Assembly (NCBI GenBank): GCA_965644265.1
Contig: OZ286464.1
Location: forward strand, 33,232,001 to 33,296,000
DNA from: Glycera tridactyla
Lineage: Eukaryota
Direction: 5' to 3'
Length of the DNA: 64,000 bases
Part shown: one piece after another, positions 37,506 through 51,900 of the stretch
How the letters are laid out: each line of letters opens with the position of its first letter
Numbering within the stretch: position 1 is the stretch's first letter
The notes under the pieces: generated by a model
The model's database searches: none
What the model saw: only the letters and a program-made list of their open reading frames with translations
Told to the model about the DNA's origin: nothing
Translations under genes and position numbers: made by a program

Positions 37506-40009
37506 TCCGTTTATGCAAAATAGAGCATATTGCGCTTGGTAGCCCTGCAATTCAATTTCACGAGGCCTGTATTGCATACATATGATGGAGCTGTTCTCAA
37601 CGATCAGTGACACCTTAGTAATAACATTCTTGTTCGATCCTCAGTACAAAACAAGATGCCCGATGATAAATTCTCATGATTGATTGAATTGCGCTGACAC
37701 ATCAGATTAAATAAAAGCATCAGTCTTTTATTGTGAAATACCAAAAAAAATCATTATGGATCTTGAGCCGTTCAAGCGTTTTCAGGAGGAGTTGAGATTC
37801 TCGCATGCGTAAGGTTATTTGTGAATGGTCTGAATCATTGTTCATCTTCATGTCATCCATATTCATACCCATCATAATTCTTATATGCATATATATATAT
37901 ATCTATTCATCCCATTTATCTCGTATTTTATGTATTGTATGTATGTTGTTGTTGACCTGAAGACGGGCACGTATTATTGAAGTGTTCATGCTTTGACGAA
38001 ATAAAATAATGTTAAATCAAATCAAATCAAATACCATTCCAGATTATCGAGAAGATGATGACGGTGCTCAGATAGCGGCAATTTCGTATTAGGCAGGTGC
38101 GAGGATCACACCATGAAGAATTCGCAAATTTGCAAAAAACGTACCAAATCCATTCAGACTCGGTAGATTTTAGTAGCCACCTATGGACAAAGTTGGAAAC
38201 CAATCTGACATCGCCAATGGCTTTAGAACTTGTGAGAATCCCGCTGAGAATATACGGTTTTCGGCCTTTTCACCAAGTAGCATATTGGGCGATCAGTGCA
38301 TTAAGACATACCAGAAACACATCAAACGCACGCTACATTCTGGTGAAATACTCCTCTTTGACCTCAATTAACTGTCCTGACAAGGTACTTACTTTCATAA
38401 TAGAATGTCATCTCCAGGGCCTATGCCACCCAGCCTCTCCATTAGAGACGTGTCCCGAGACTCCCGGCTTGTCTACAACAGATGACACATTGTTGGTTGG
38501 CTGGATTTTACGTCCTTCAAATCTTACTGGGTTATATCGGATCGAAAATGCTGATAGAATAAGGAGCACTGTCAGTGACAACCATTTTCTCTTCGCGAGA
38601 TGGAACAGTGGTTCTTTCATGAGTATATAGGAACAGAACATATGAAATTACAGCCAGTAGACGCAATACTTGTATGTAATACCATATGCTATGTTGGTCC
38701 GTGTGTGAGGCATGATATCTGCATAGGGTTTCATGGTTTGATTTCATGATTTGATTTATTTGACCCAGGGGCCATGCAACATGCTTACAAGATACGCTTA
38801 ACTATTTGAAAAGGAAAAACTAATACAAACAAAAGGTTGTGAAGACGGGAAAAGGCCTACGAGTACGACCAATGATAATAATTCATAACCACCAATTGTA
38901 CAATTTTACTCCAAAAATATGAACAGACCATATCATATCCGAGTAAGATTCCGAATGGACCAATGATGAAGGAAAAACATTATTGTCTTACATGCTTCAT
39001 CCAGGATGTTGAGTACAAATCCTTGCACATATAATGAATAATACATGTGGCTTCACTGCTACTCGAATGCACGAGTAGGCGTACTAGTGAATTAACGATG
39101 AAACTTCAACATGAAATATGATGCACAACTCAACTCAAATTCGAATACGAGTATACAATTGTCTCACTAAGTGGCCATAAACGTTCGATTTCGGTCCACA
39201 ACTTTCTGGGGTTATTAGAGTGAGAATCCAATAACTTGCAAACATGTTGGAGTTTCAATGTGCGCTTCATGAAGAATCTCCATGGAAGGATGGTCTCTTA
39301 CCTGGGTGACCTCAATTGTGGTTGCCATGGCAACCATGACAACGGCAAATTTGCGAGTAGAATGATATATCTGTCACTGGCGCGACCTATTCATGATATA
39401 TAGATGAAAGCTTTTAACACAGAAATGTTCAGTTACTTAATCTGAGTACGGCAATATGAGGGGGATTTGAGTATCACACTTTTCCTCGGGAATCTCACTT
39501 CAAACACCAGAATTTGAGAAAGTTTCGTCGAAATTCACCATTTCAAGTAGGATATCTACAACAGGCGGCCTCAGATTAAATCCCCCCTGGTATGGGCATA
39601 TGGTGTGATATAATCCAGAGATAATACATTTTCTTGGCAGAGTCATGTGATACAACGTGGCATGTCATGACGTGATATTTAATGGCAAATGACATCGATA
39701 TCTTGTTGTCAAACATGACACCAATATATGACAGCATGTGAGAAGGTCGTTTCTTCACCCTACTCATCTCATAACATGGGTATAAAAACCTCTACTTACT
39801 GACACGTATGAAATAATGTCATATATATCACGACATGATAGATAACAGGATATGGTATAAAGATGGATGATACAGAGCATGCACACTATCATGAGAATCC
39901 ATTGTATGTTGTCATGATGACATATGTTTGATGACTTGCAGAGTGGCTAAGTAAGACAAACACTGTCTCCAGCTGCATGATCATATACCTATCGAATGTC
40001 AGTGAATAG

Positions 40010-40290
40010 TTCGGAATGGTTGCGTTTCAACAGCATGTATCAACCCAGGGTATTATGTATACTGCATGTACCTGATCAATGAAAGCTAGGTGTTCTCTAC
40101 CCTGCAGGCATCACTTACACAAATCATGAACGCAATATGATGGGGAACCTGAAAGGTTGTCGTGTGAAAATTGCTGTCAGTTCAGACACACCTCTACCTC
40201 TCCAACATGAATATATTGCACCCAATTATGACATATTTAACTATGTTCGGGTGGAAGCTTACACTCAAGCCTGATTGCAATGCTTTTATT
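40010..40290 (-). mobile_element. SINE-like repeat family B copy
   Basis: Reverse complement matches AGGTAGAGGTGTGT.TGAACTG.CAG...ACAACCTTTCAGGTTCCCCATCAT at 54721; colinear with 53700-53960. Confidence 0.65.
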
Positions 40291-41234
40291 TCGCAGTACC
40301 TGAACTGCGCAGTACCTGAAATAAGGGAAAGCAGTAGGCTCGCAGAATAATCAAGTAATCCGTCCAATCATAAACGGTCATAAACTTCGGAACAGCTTTA
40401 CAATCCTGCTTGCCCTATTCTCGCAGTACAATGTCATCACACTCTCCAGTAAATCTAGTGGCAGCCCTAGTAAGCCAGAACTGGTGTGCCTGGTACCCGC
40501 TTTTTGCATTCAGTGGGCGGAAGCTGTTTCATACCTGTGCTGTGAGCAGTATGAGCAAATAAACGCGCACCTGTTGAGGTGCTCATCAATTTCACGTCAG
40601 AGCATACTTCGTTTCATTTGAACAATGTCAACAGTTTCCATGCATTAGTAGATTGCTTCCGATTTGCACATTTCGCTGACACTACATCCGCATACTTTCT
40701 GTCCAGGTGGCCAGCCAGTGCCGCACGATGTTAGGATAGATTCTGATATATCCAATATATAAGGTATACATGGTGATACAGAGATGATGTAGAGATTTAG
40801 AAAACAAAGTCTTTCCATTTCCTGACGACTCCCGTTTCGCCCTCCAGCACTGAAGGCGCAGATGGCGAGAATCTTGAATGTATATATTTATNNNNNNNNN
40901 NNNNNNNNNNNNNNNNNNNNNNNNNNNNNNNNNNNNNNNNNNNNNNNNNNNNNNNNNNNNNNNNNNNNNNNNNNNNNNNNNNNNNNNNNNNNNNNNNNNN
41001 NNNNNNNNNNNNNNNNNNNNNNNNNNNNNNNNNNNNNNNNNNNNNNNNNNNNNNNNNNNNNNNNNNNNNNNNNNNNNNNNNNNNNNNNNACGTCACTGAG
41101 CTTTCTCTCACTTTATCATAAGACATTGTACTGCAAGCATATGGGACCGAATGTTGTAAAGTTGGTCCGAAGTTCAAAACTGAACAAACTGCTTGAATAT
41201 TCCCCGAGTCTGATGCATTTTCCTGCTTCAAGTG

Positions 41235-41415
41235 ATATTTTGAAGGTAGGTACGAACTGTCAGCTACTTGCGTTTCACAAATTTTCCGGTTTACCAGTCA
41301 TCACTTTGTGTTCAGGGTCTGTGAGCACTACTGGGAGATCAAAAACTTGGAACGAGCTACTGGGCTGACGTGAAAAAGCAGCCAAAGCGTTCAAACAAAC
41401 AAACTAGCAAACAAA
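41235..41415 (+). mobile_element. SINE-like repeat family B copy
   Basis: GAACTGTCAGCTACTT...TTGTGTTCAGGGTCTGTGAG plus CAAA-repeat tail. Confidence 0.55.
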
Positions 41416-44400
41416 CACACAAATACATATGTTGGGGAGATCATCATTGACTCTGCATGGAGGGGGGCAGACTTTCGAAGATGATGTTCATCACAGCACG
41501 ATGTCCGTGAAAGTATAGATGAGTAATACTCACCCAGGGGAGATTTCTCAGGGAATTATAGCAATCACGTGGCTAATCCGATCTGGGTGGCAGAATTCAG
41601 TGGAGAAAGTGAAGGTGAATGGTGACAGTTGGTTGGATAATTCCGGCAAAGAAGGAGGTTAATTGCCAGCGCCAAGTTGACGTTGTTCTTTGGCGTCGGT
41701 GACAAGATGGCAGCCATTTGTAGTGATGTCACGCTCTCGTTGATGACCGGTAATTGGGCGAGAACTGCATCCTATGTGAATGAAATGGACAGCAGCATCT
41801 CGCGTCTTCACTGATTCCTGGAAGCGCCGGCTCCCCAGAGTTCACAATTCTGTTTACTTCATTTTCGTATATTTCACTGGTACCGGGACAGATAGGCAAA
41901 CAGACAGGCAGACAGATAGACAGACAGGTGAGAGTGGGCGGGCAAAGTGAGTAAGGGCATGATGAAATGAAAGAAAGAGGTAAACATGATGCAAACAAAC
42001 ATCAAATAGATGTCTTTGGGCCATGGACTTGTTTTGATGAACGATAGCCATACACTAATGTTATGGTGCTGGTCCAATTTGGCTTTGAAGCGCGCTTGCT
42101 CTTAGATACCTCGGTGTTGAATAAGTCACTTTCGGCTTTAGTGAAATCGGTCTCATTCCTGTCGACCTGTGAGAAAACATTTACCATCGCAGAACTCATT
42201 TTCTCCGCAAATATTTGGTAGAGCAGGAGTCATCTCGCGTGCCAACTCGACCATCGCTCTAACATTGCATTCGCATTCCGGCTGAATACGACACACATTG
42301 ATTAAAACTCCATGACACTGTGTTCAACAACCACTGATTGGCACCCCTTGGGGTTCTGTAACCGACCCAGAGTTCTTGACTTCTTCACGTGAAGATTGAT
42401 CTGACGGGATTTATGGTCAGTGTAGAAGGTCCATAGAAGTAATAATGTGAAGCCTCCATGAGTTCATCACTGAATACATTGGTACGGCATTCACCGAAAC
42501 GAATGCATTCTCCTGATTGAAATATAGTGTTTTGTGTAAAGTATTGCTTCCTCCTCAAATGTCCGCGTCATATTAGTCATTTGGTCAATTTGTATTATTG
42601 CATGAAGGTAGATGTGCATCTAGACTGGCAATTACTTCTACTAGCTATACTGGCCCCATCATCTTTTGTTCAGGGTTGGTGTGGGAGAAGCTGGCAGATT
42701 ACAGAGAATTGAACTGTCACAGATTCGGAAGAAAGACATACATTTTCCTTTGGGTTGATACATGTCATCAAAACTCAACCAATCTGTAATTCGATCCGGG
42801 AAAGTAAGGCACAGGGTCTGCATATTTCACATGCACCGCATACTGGCAGGTTGGGATAGCCATGAATCACCTAGGAGGTCATGCACACCACCCACGGTAC
42901 AATAGTGGTACATTAGTGACACTGAGCCTGAGCATCAGACAGTAAACTGTCAGGACATTGTGATGAAGTCACTGAAATCATTGCTTATCGATGAATCACA
43001 GCNNNNNNNNNNNNNNNNNNNNNNNNNNNNNNNNNNNNNNNNNNNNNNNNNNNNNNNNNNNNNNNNNNNNNNNNNNNNNNNNNNNNNNNNNNNNNNNNNN
43101 NNNNNNNNNNNNNNNNNNNNNNNNNNNNNNNNNNNNNNNNNNNNNNNNNNNNNNNNNNNNNNNNNNNNNNNNNNNNCAGATAAAGAGAAATATAAGAGAG
43201 TCGTAGGAAGAGAGGCAGAGACAGGAACAGAGAGACAGAGGCATAGACAGGTAGAACCAGAGACAGAGGGAAACAGAGACAGAGAGAGAGACAATAAGAG
43301 GCCGGTAGACCTACCACGAACACAAAGGAGGGGAAAGTGAGAGACAGACAGAAGCAGAGAGTAGGAGCTGATGGTGGCTGGCACAATACTGGACAATGGT
43401 CAGCATGAGAGCTGTATGATATTGATCTGTCCACAGCAGGCAGGACATTCATTTGTTCACACTCCTAGCAAGCCAGGTAACTTCCGCTCACTTGAACGTG
43501 ACATGTGCTCACACCTGTATCCAGGGACCATGTGTGTGATACGTAGTCCTCCGCTAAGCAAATATTTATCACAATAGCAACATACAATGGACCTCCGTGT
43601 AACTATACATGCTGCTCACATGGGTATCATGAATATCCATAATATATCATACCCTATATCTCATATAGTGTCACGGCATATCATATCACATTATATCTCA
43701 TCACGTTCTATCATATACTGAGGAATGATATGATGTTTCGTCCTTCCTCTCAATGTCACATGATTCTATGACCATATGTGGATGCTTCAATCCTGACGAG
43801 TTGTTAATGGATTTCATCCCCCCCCCCCCTCCATGAGACCATCTATCCGCACTCATCCTTGTGTATTCAATCAATCGATTGATTGATCAGTCGATTTAGC
43901 TCGCCAGCGAGCAATCATCTTGTCTTTCTCATCCTCTCTATTCTCTGCCTGTCCGTCTCTCTCACACTCTCTCCCACTTTCTCTCTTTCTATCCCCCTAC
44001 TCTTCGTATCTAGTTCTGCAACTCCTTCACTCCCCTTCACCTACGTATCTTTTGTTCTCTTTCTGTCGATTTATTTTTCTCTGTCTTTTTTCGCTCACTC
44101 TGTTGTATTCCGTATATTCCTCTCTGTCTCTTTGAATATCTCTCTCTCTCTACCTCTCTCTCCCTTCATGACTCCCGTGCGCTCTCTTTTATTCTTTCCA
44201 TACATGGAAATTAGTCAAGTCAGGACAGAGATAACCCGTAACGAAACGCAAGTAATCATTCATCCTTGTGTCAGTGTATGAAACATATCCAAAATCCAGA
44301 TATATCTGCATTCATGACATCATGAATTTCAGGTGGGGGTGGGGGGGGGGGGGGGGGGTAGGCTGACCTAAAAATTGCATATATTTGAAATCTTTAAAAT

Positions 44401-45393
44401 CGTAGTTTTAATCGGACAACGAAACATATCAAGTAGAAATATCACAAGTACATTGTCACGTTACTTGTTCAAAGTGTCATGGCAAATGGTTATCGAGACC
44501 AGGGAACAAATATCACTCACTGCTGTTGCAGATAAGGCTTGTGAAGTACAATGGGGAATATATCAACTCAAATGCATTGTGGTATATGATACAGACCATT
44601 TTACCGTGTATCCAATACAAAGCAATACACTCCGAGGAATCGACATCCTACCATGGAGCATATAGTATACTCTGCATGTGGACCCTTTGAAGTACGATCG
44701 AGGTGGATAACCTAGCATGAAGATATTTCCTCTAAGGATGTTGGAGTCTGGATATGTTACCTTAGGCTTGTTGTATCACTGAGTATGTAGCATTGATTTC
44801 CTGACTGGAAAGTATCCGAACTCAACCGTCTAAAAATAATCCGCTCTGAAAGCTGTACACTACTCTGGAATGGCTTATTGGCACTGGTTCAATGGTCATG
44901 ACTTGGATGACACTGCCACTACCACATCCACAAAAAATCTTACCAATATCCAAACTAATTAGCATCCCTCCCGTGGTAGGGATATCATCGAGGAAGGTGC
45001 CAGTTTGGCATATTATGAGGAAAATTATGGCACTCAATGTTTTTGGCACATTTCAACCCGGGAACACTTTCCTAGAGTTAGGATATTCTGTTTCTCACTC
45101 ACATACGATCAAAATAAACCCTATGAGAAATCTGTGGCAATTTTCTTATGGGCTTGCCTACTCCTTTGCGCCACTAGATGGCGTGGAGATATCGATCCGA
45201 CGTGCATGGTGAATTTCTCGCGTGGACTCATCCTTCCCTTATCCGGTCAAGTCCCCGAATGCCCATTTTCTTACATTGCTTTGAATGTATAGCTTCTCGT
45301 GCTTATGTATATGCGTTTGTTTTCACGTGTATTTGTGTGCTTGCATTTGCACGCACACATGTGTATCTGTGAGTGTGCTCTCATTTGCATGTA

Positions 45394-46124
45394 CAGTCTA
45401 ACCTGGTCAAGCGGCCACCTGTGTGTCGCGGCCACTCGCCGATAACGACAATTGTCACCGACGACCGTCTAAATTTCACTATAAATTACCTTTCTACAGC
45501 ACCCACCCCCTGACTGCGGCCAGCGGCCACAATATTTGACTAACTTCTTAAGGAAACAGAATTCGAAAATGGCTTACCCCGGCTATTGTTATGTCATTCA
45601 CGCTTCATACTTCAATGATTCATAGTGTATATCCATGATGAGGAGGTTCCCGCCACAAAAGACACGTTTCAACGTCAAACAAGCATGTATTTCATGATAA
45701 AAACGAAAGGCCGGCTTCTTTAAAAGCGATCTGGTGCCATTGTTGTGTATAGTCACAAGGTGCTGAAGTTCCCGGATGTGGAGTCAAATACACTTTATGT
45801 GCAGTCAGTTTCACACGGCGGAAATCTCACGATTTTTTTCATTTCTGGTGAATAAAAGCGATATTTTTTCATGAAAATACCGGCATTTGTCAATAGTAAT
45901 GTCTTCTTCGTGCCATTTGCATGTATTCCGCGAGATATTTGGCGAATATAGAAGTTTATTCAGCGAAAGATCAGCGGGCGATATTGGGATTATTTGGTAT
46001 GATGAGCATGTCATCTTTGCGACTGGGCCCAGTTATTCGAATCTGCCTGTGTGTAGCGGCCAACCCCTGACAGCGGCCACTCTTAGATGCAACGGTCGAC
46101 GGCCATTATGAGCAGGTTTGACTG
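45394..46124. mobile_element. Tc1/pogo-type MITE, 731 bp
   Basis: TA|CAGTCTAACCTGGTCA...TGAGCAGGTTTGACTG|TA; imperfect TIRs, TA TSD, subterminal GCGGCCAC repeats. Confidence 0.8.
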
Positions 46125-49100
46125 TATGTGCTTGTGTCTATGTGTCCATATGTGCGTGTGTTTTGTGCCTGTGTGCAGTGTGCAGTGTATGTGTGTCTGT
46201 GTGTGCGTGTGTTTTGTGCCTGTGTGCAGTGTGCATGTATGCATGTAGAAGTAAACCTCCGTCAGCGACTAATAACACGCACACTTCCACTCTTCTCACA
46301 TGAACCATGCCCTCGCTCTCACAATCTTTGAGCCATATCCTCCTTCGATCATCCCCCATCTACCTCACCCAGCGACCAAGTTTGAGAGAGCCCCGCAGCC
46401 GAATCAGCGTTTCAACTTTTGTTCTTCCATGGGGCACCATGATGTCAAACACATGTACACTACAAAAGTTTGTCGAATCCGAATGTGACAAAAACGTTCC
46501 ACACGTTCGAATTGCCATCTCTCACACGATTTGTTTTGATTTCATGAATGGATCGCACAGAACGTATTGCGCCAATCGAAGCTCATTTCAAATAGTCAGC
46601 TTGTTTTCATAGATGAAGCACTCTCAATCTATTTCAATCGAACGATGGAATTGTCGCACGCGATGGGGTATTTACTGGATCAGCTATCTCGAACAACATG
46701 TTGATGGTGATGGTTTTATGTTAGTGTGTAAGTGTTGCAAATCATGGAATGCGGTTAAAATGTTGAAACTCTTTGTTCTTTCCTTTGCCTAATATGTCTA
46801 CTGTATCATGGCATATTGAGTGAGCCACAATCTAATTAGCCTAATTATACAAATTATCACATCGACAAGACGTTAACATACAGTGCCCGGAAAAAACATC
46901 CCAAACTCAATACATCGATGGAAGGGGAAAATGAATGCATTGAAGTTCAGTATAATATAAAATGCACCTCTTGAAAATTTCGTAAAGGGATCTCACGAAT
47001 CTCAAATCTTGTAGATATGAGGGAACATTTTCGAATGAGCAATGACACTATCCGAAAGAGCATTGTCGAAAATGAGATGATCAGTGGTTTATATTGTTTC
47101 ATTTGCCTATTCGCTAAATTTCCACGATGAACAGAATACTTCTGACAAATCAGATTGTATTCGATCATCGCAAAGATCATCAGAGATGATCGAAGAATTG
47201 ATAACAATGCCAAAAAAACGTAGTATCAGTGCGAGGAATAGATTCGGCGAATATGACATGAGGTAATTTGCTTCACTATTTTCTCCCGAAACGTATGCTA
47301 CATTCAGACTTGACAGACTATACCAGTGCCTCCTATGCTATCGTGGAGGCCTCACCTGTATCTATATCTTCCTAAAAAAAACTCTTCATTTCAAAGTTGG
47401 TTGGAACAATAGTTCTGGTAATCAGGCATGCCATAGACATGAAATAACGATTGATGGAATGGTTTCTTCTTTGTAATGAATGGATGTTTTCTCTCCACCC
47501 GCCACCCAACAATGTGCAATCGATAATTCAAGGAGGGGCCGTTCATTCAAATATCTACGCCCATTGCACCCATTTCATAACAATGAGATAAAAATTGTCT
47601 CAAACTTGTTGATGTTTGCGTTGAAGAAAATCTCACTTCTCGATGAAAGGAATATAAATTGGGAATCATTTGAGAAGAGATGTATGCATCTCTTGTGGGG
47701 AGTTCTCAGATAAGCGAAGATAAGGAAGATTGCAGGATTATCGTCATGTTGGTATTGAAGACGGAGGCACAACAAGTAAATCCAGATTTGTGGTTTTGTT
47801 CCACCACAGCGACATAGGACAATTGTGAGGATACCAGAAAATGCGAGGATTTAGAATAAACCACCAATGAAAATTGATCCTACAGATGGCATGTCTCACT
47901 ATCCAACTGGCTTGAAGCTAAGATTCAAGCCTGACACCGATGATTCTCTGAAGAAAGCTCACAACTTGAAGGAAAGAAATGTATCCCGTTTGGAGATTAC
48001 TCAACCAATGTATTCATTTCTAGACTGTCAATAATCACATGCCTGCAGTACAATGCTATCACATTCTCTAGTAAAACTAGTTTAGATCCCAATAGACTAG
48101 AACTCGTGTGTCTGATACGACATGTGTGGCTGAGATATCAAGCATCAGATAATGCATCCATTGGAGCGATGAGAGGTGAAACATTGTGATGCACTTGGAG
48201 GTGGGTCTAAACCATCAGCTATTGTGTATATATGTTGCTATACCATGCCACCATGCTATACCATGGTATCTTTTGTAACGGTGTACTGGGGAGGATTGTA
48301 TTGTTATTGCATAAATATTCCAATTTTATGCAAATACGACGGGTCGTGAACTCTCTACCCTTCTTCTTGATCACATTCTCTCCTCTCTTTATCTCCCCCT
48401 CTCTCTGAATGGTAAATGTGTATAAATCTATGCTGTGAATTCTTGGTCTATGTGATAATAGATATGCATTCATCTTGATAAACAATGACAGAACAGAAGA
48501 CAAGTTTCGAAGCATAATCTAACAATTTGGTGTGATGAAGATCTTCATCTGCATGCAAAATGTACTACTCAATGGACGGTGATGGTCGGTTGGTTGGCTG
48601 GCTTGTTGGCAGGGTTGTACTACTTGAATGGTTTTTCTAATCTTGTCATATGATATGCACCCACAATATCACTTACACAAACCCAGAACATAAGCCGATG
48701 AATGCTTGTATGGTGGGAGTACTGTAAACTTGTGCCCGGTGTTGTCAGGAAAGAAAGTAGTGCATCTGGGACCGTTGCTATAGAGATGTGGCGCATGCAT
48801 TAGGGCCCCCCTCGGAAGAGTCCGTGGCAACCCATAGCAACTGAGTCGGATATCTCATTACGGGCTTCCGGTGCAGCTGTAGGCCTCAGTGGTCAATGAT
48901 GCTTGCCTGCATGCCCTGGGAAGTACCTCGCACATCTCTCATACATGGACGCATATGCAACATCCATTCCTGTTGATATATGCGTGGGGATGTGGCTACG
49001 GCACATATGCAGTTCACTGATCTATATTATATTATTTTGAAATTCGTTCGTGTTTATGAGTTCACTGTATATGCGAGGGTGTTTGGCGAAGGCCAAATGC

Positions 49101-49438
49101 ATGCACTCACATATACAAACATTGAAACGANNNNNNNNNNNNNNNNNNNNNNNNNNNNNNNNNNNNNNNNNNNNNNNNNNNNNNNNNNNNNNNNNNNNNN
49201 NNNNNNNNNNNNNNNNNNNNNNNNNNNNNNNNNNNNNNNNNNNNNNNNNNNNNNNNNNNNNNNNNNNNNNNNNNNNNNNNNNNNNNNNNNNNNNNNNNNN
49301 NNNNNNNNNNTCCGTCCATCCATCTGTGTCTGTCTGTCTGTTTCCCCATTCGTCCGCCTGTTCACACAAATGTTCTTCGAGACTCACACACATTCACATG
49401 TTTAGACACACATGCTATACGTCCATGCATTGCACAAA

Positions 49439-49441
<3 letters not shown>

Positions 49442-49485
<44 letters not shown>
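49442..49485. repeat. (CA)n microsatellite
   Basis: Direct reading. Confidence 0.95.
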
Positions 49486-49489
<4 letters not shown>

Positions 49490-51387
49490 TCCTTCCCCCA
49501 CACATGCATTCATGCTGATTCTGCATTGATTTCCTGCCCGTGTCGTCTCAGTTTTATTTATATTAGCAGAGAGGTTGCCCAATCAATCACCGAGTATTTA
49601 CGTGAAAGACAAACCACGTCTCAGCATCTCTGGCTCACTTCTGACTGCACGATCGTGAGCAAAATACCCACCTGGCCACCCATCCATGCCACGTCCACTG
49701 CACTGGTTGACGGCCGGTTGCTACGTTGCGTTACGATGGATAGGTGATTTTCTCAGATATTCTGGTCATGACTGTATTTCTGTAGTCTCCTGTAAACACA
49801 AGCCAAAAAGCGATGGCGTGAGTGAAGAAAAAATGTTTCTTCAAGGCTGTGCAGTTCAAGACAAGGAGACAGAGAGTTGTTATAGAGTCAGTTACCTGCA
49901 TGCCCAAAAAATCCTGCACTTGCTGTTGGCAGATACGATGGCGTGTATACGCACTAAATGATGTATCGCTGTTGACAGTTGCGATTGGGTGCATATACAA
50001 CAGATTATGCACCTGATTTTGATCAACTCTCAATCCCCTGCATGGTGCACTTGCTGTTGATATATTCAATTGCCTGCATACACAATAAGTTATGGACATG
50101 CCGATGGTAAATTAAATTTTCGGCATATCAAATTTTCTGTATAACAGCGAATAATGCAGTCGCGAATGCTGGTGACAGCTTAATCACCTGCACACACAAC
50201 AAATAATGGCTGCATTTGTTGTCGATAGATTGTAGTTTTGTCGACTGTTTCCTGCCTATAGTGATATGATGCAACTGCTGTTGTGTTTCGATTGCCGGCA
50301 TTCAAAACAGAAACAGGCAATTGCGATCGCTTTGACATCCTGCTCACACAAGATTGAATAGGTTCTTGACAGATCCCTGTGAGGGGCCGGACAGAATCAT
50401 CAATCAGCAGTTCTTAACTGATGATGGTGATTACAGCATGATTGATGTCGGGCTTCTGCCCTGTCACGAGCGTAATTCTTCGTTTTTAGGCTATCAAGTC
50501 ACAAACTTTCAGCGATAATTATTACTTTCCCACAGAATACAAGCCCACCTGTCTGGCCACCTGCCAAGCTTACTACATACCCGTATTCTGATCTGTCTGT
50601 CTGTCTGTCTGTCTGACTGAGTGACAGAGCGACTGAGTGNNNNNNNNNNNNNNNNNNNNNNNNNNNNNNNNNNNNNNNNNNNNNNNNNNNNNNNNNNNNN
50701 NNNNNNNNNNNNNNNNNNNNNNNNNNNNNNNNNNNNNNNNNNNNNNNNNNNNNNNNNNNNNNNNNNNNNNNNNNNNNNNNNACCAACATACCCACCCACT
50801 TACCCTCCCTCACACAACCAACCACCCAATCATCATGGCAACTACGCAAAAAATAGTCAGTTCTTTATATGTGCCTGGAACTTTTGTGCACCTCTAAAAG
50901 CTGTGGTCAAGGAGTGAGCCTTGTCGCAAGCCAAACGAAGGGAATCCATCTCTGTCAGTTGTCAGATGAAGGCGAGACTTCTTCCTAATCACCTGAACAC
51001 GCAGAGTATACTCGTCACGCAAACATTCAGGTCAAAAATAGAGATCAAGGGGCAGCCTCCATCCGTTTGTGGTTCAGTGACACTTCCACAAGTACCACGA
51101 AAACGAGAGCCGAGCCCCCGTCGAAGAAGAGAGACACAGGTACACAAGAAACTGTAGTGCACTCACACGCCTGTATGGTGAGTTAGGTGCGGACACTCTG
51201 GTTCTAGACTGACTGGCGCTGTTTCCAACAGTGGGCAGGGATCCTCCTTGGATGGGTGACAAACATGGACAAGGTTCTCCATTCCATACTGGACCTGCAC
51301 CATTACACGCATCTGTATGATCTGTGCTACTCACTAGGGAGGCACTTCTGTGTGGAGGTAATTGAGTGAAACCTTTGAGTGGAACCT

Positions 51388-51611
51388 CTGTACTCCATCA
51401 CTTTACTTCACCCAGGTGTGAATGGCTACTTGGCCTATTGGCAGTGATGGTGATCGTAGAGTGCTTAGCCCGTGCAGTTAATTCTGTGTCAGTGGTTGTA
51501 TACTCCCCTGGGAGACAAGAAAGGCTCACGCTTGTACAGGCCTGCCACAGAATGTATCTATACATTCGGGTGAACTTGCTAAGGATACCAGACTCTAAAC
51601 CACTACATTTA
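51388..51611 (+). mobile_element. SINE-like repeat family A copy
   Basis: CACCCAGGTGTGAATGG core; the second half is an inverted match to 55354-55508. Confidence 0.6.
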
Positions 51612-51774
51612 TATATACACTCGCAAATACGCGCACGCAGCGCACTCACACACATCACACTCTGTAAGAAGACGATGGAAAAAATGCCGTAAAGAAGAGG
51701 AAGAAGAAAAAGAAGACAAAGAAAGAAAAGCTGATGGAGGAGTAGGGGGAGGAGCAGAAGCTGCAGCAGAAACG

Positions 51775-51900
51775 ACAACAACAACAACAACAACAACCGC
51801 CATCACCACGACGACCACCACCACCAAAACCCACCACAATTTCGACCACGACTAAGACCACCACCATCACTACCGCCACCACCACCAGCGCCGCCATTAT
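51775..51900. repeat. (AAC)n/(ACC)n tract
   Basis: Direct reading. Confidence 0.8.

Noticed and set aside
46980-47270. HFRMS word resembling PIF/Harbinger transposase
   Set aside because: The expected downstream motifs are absent and the frame has many stops.
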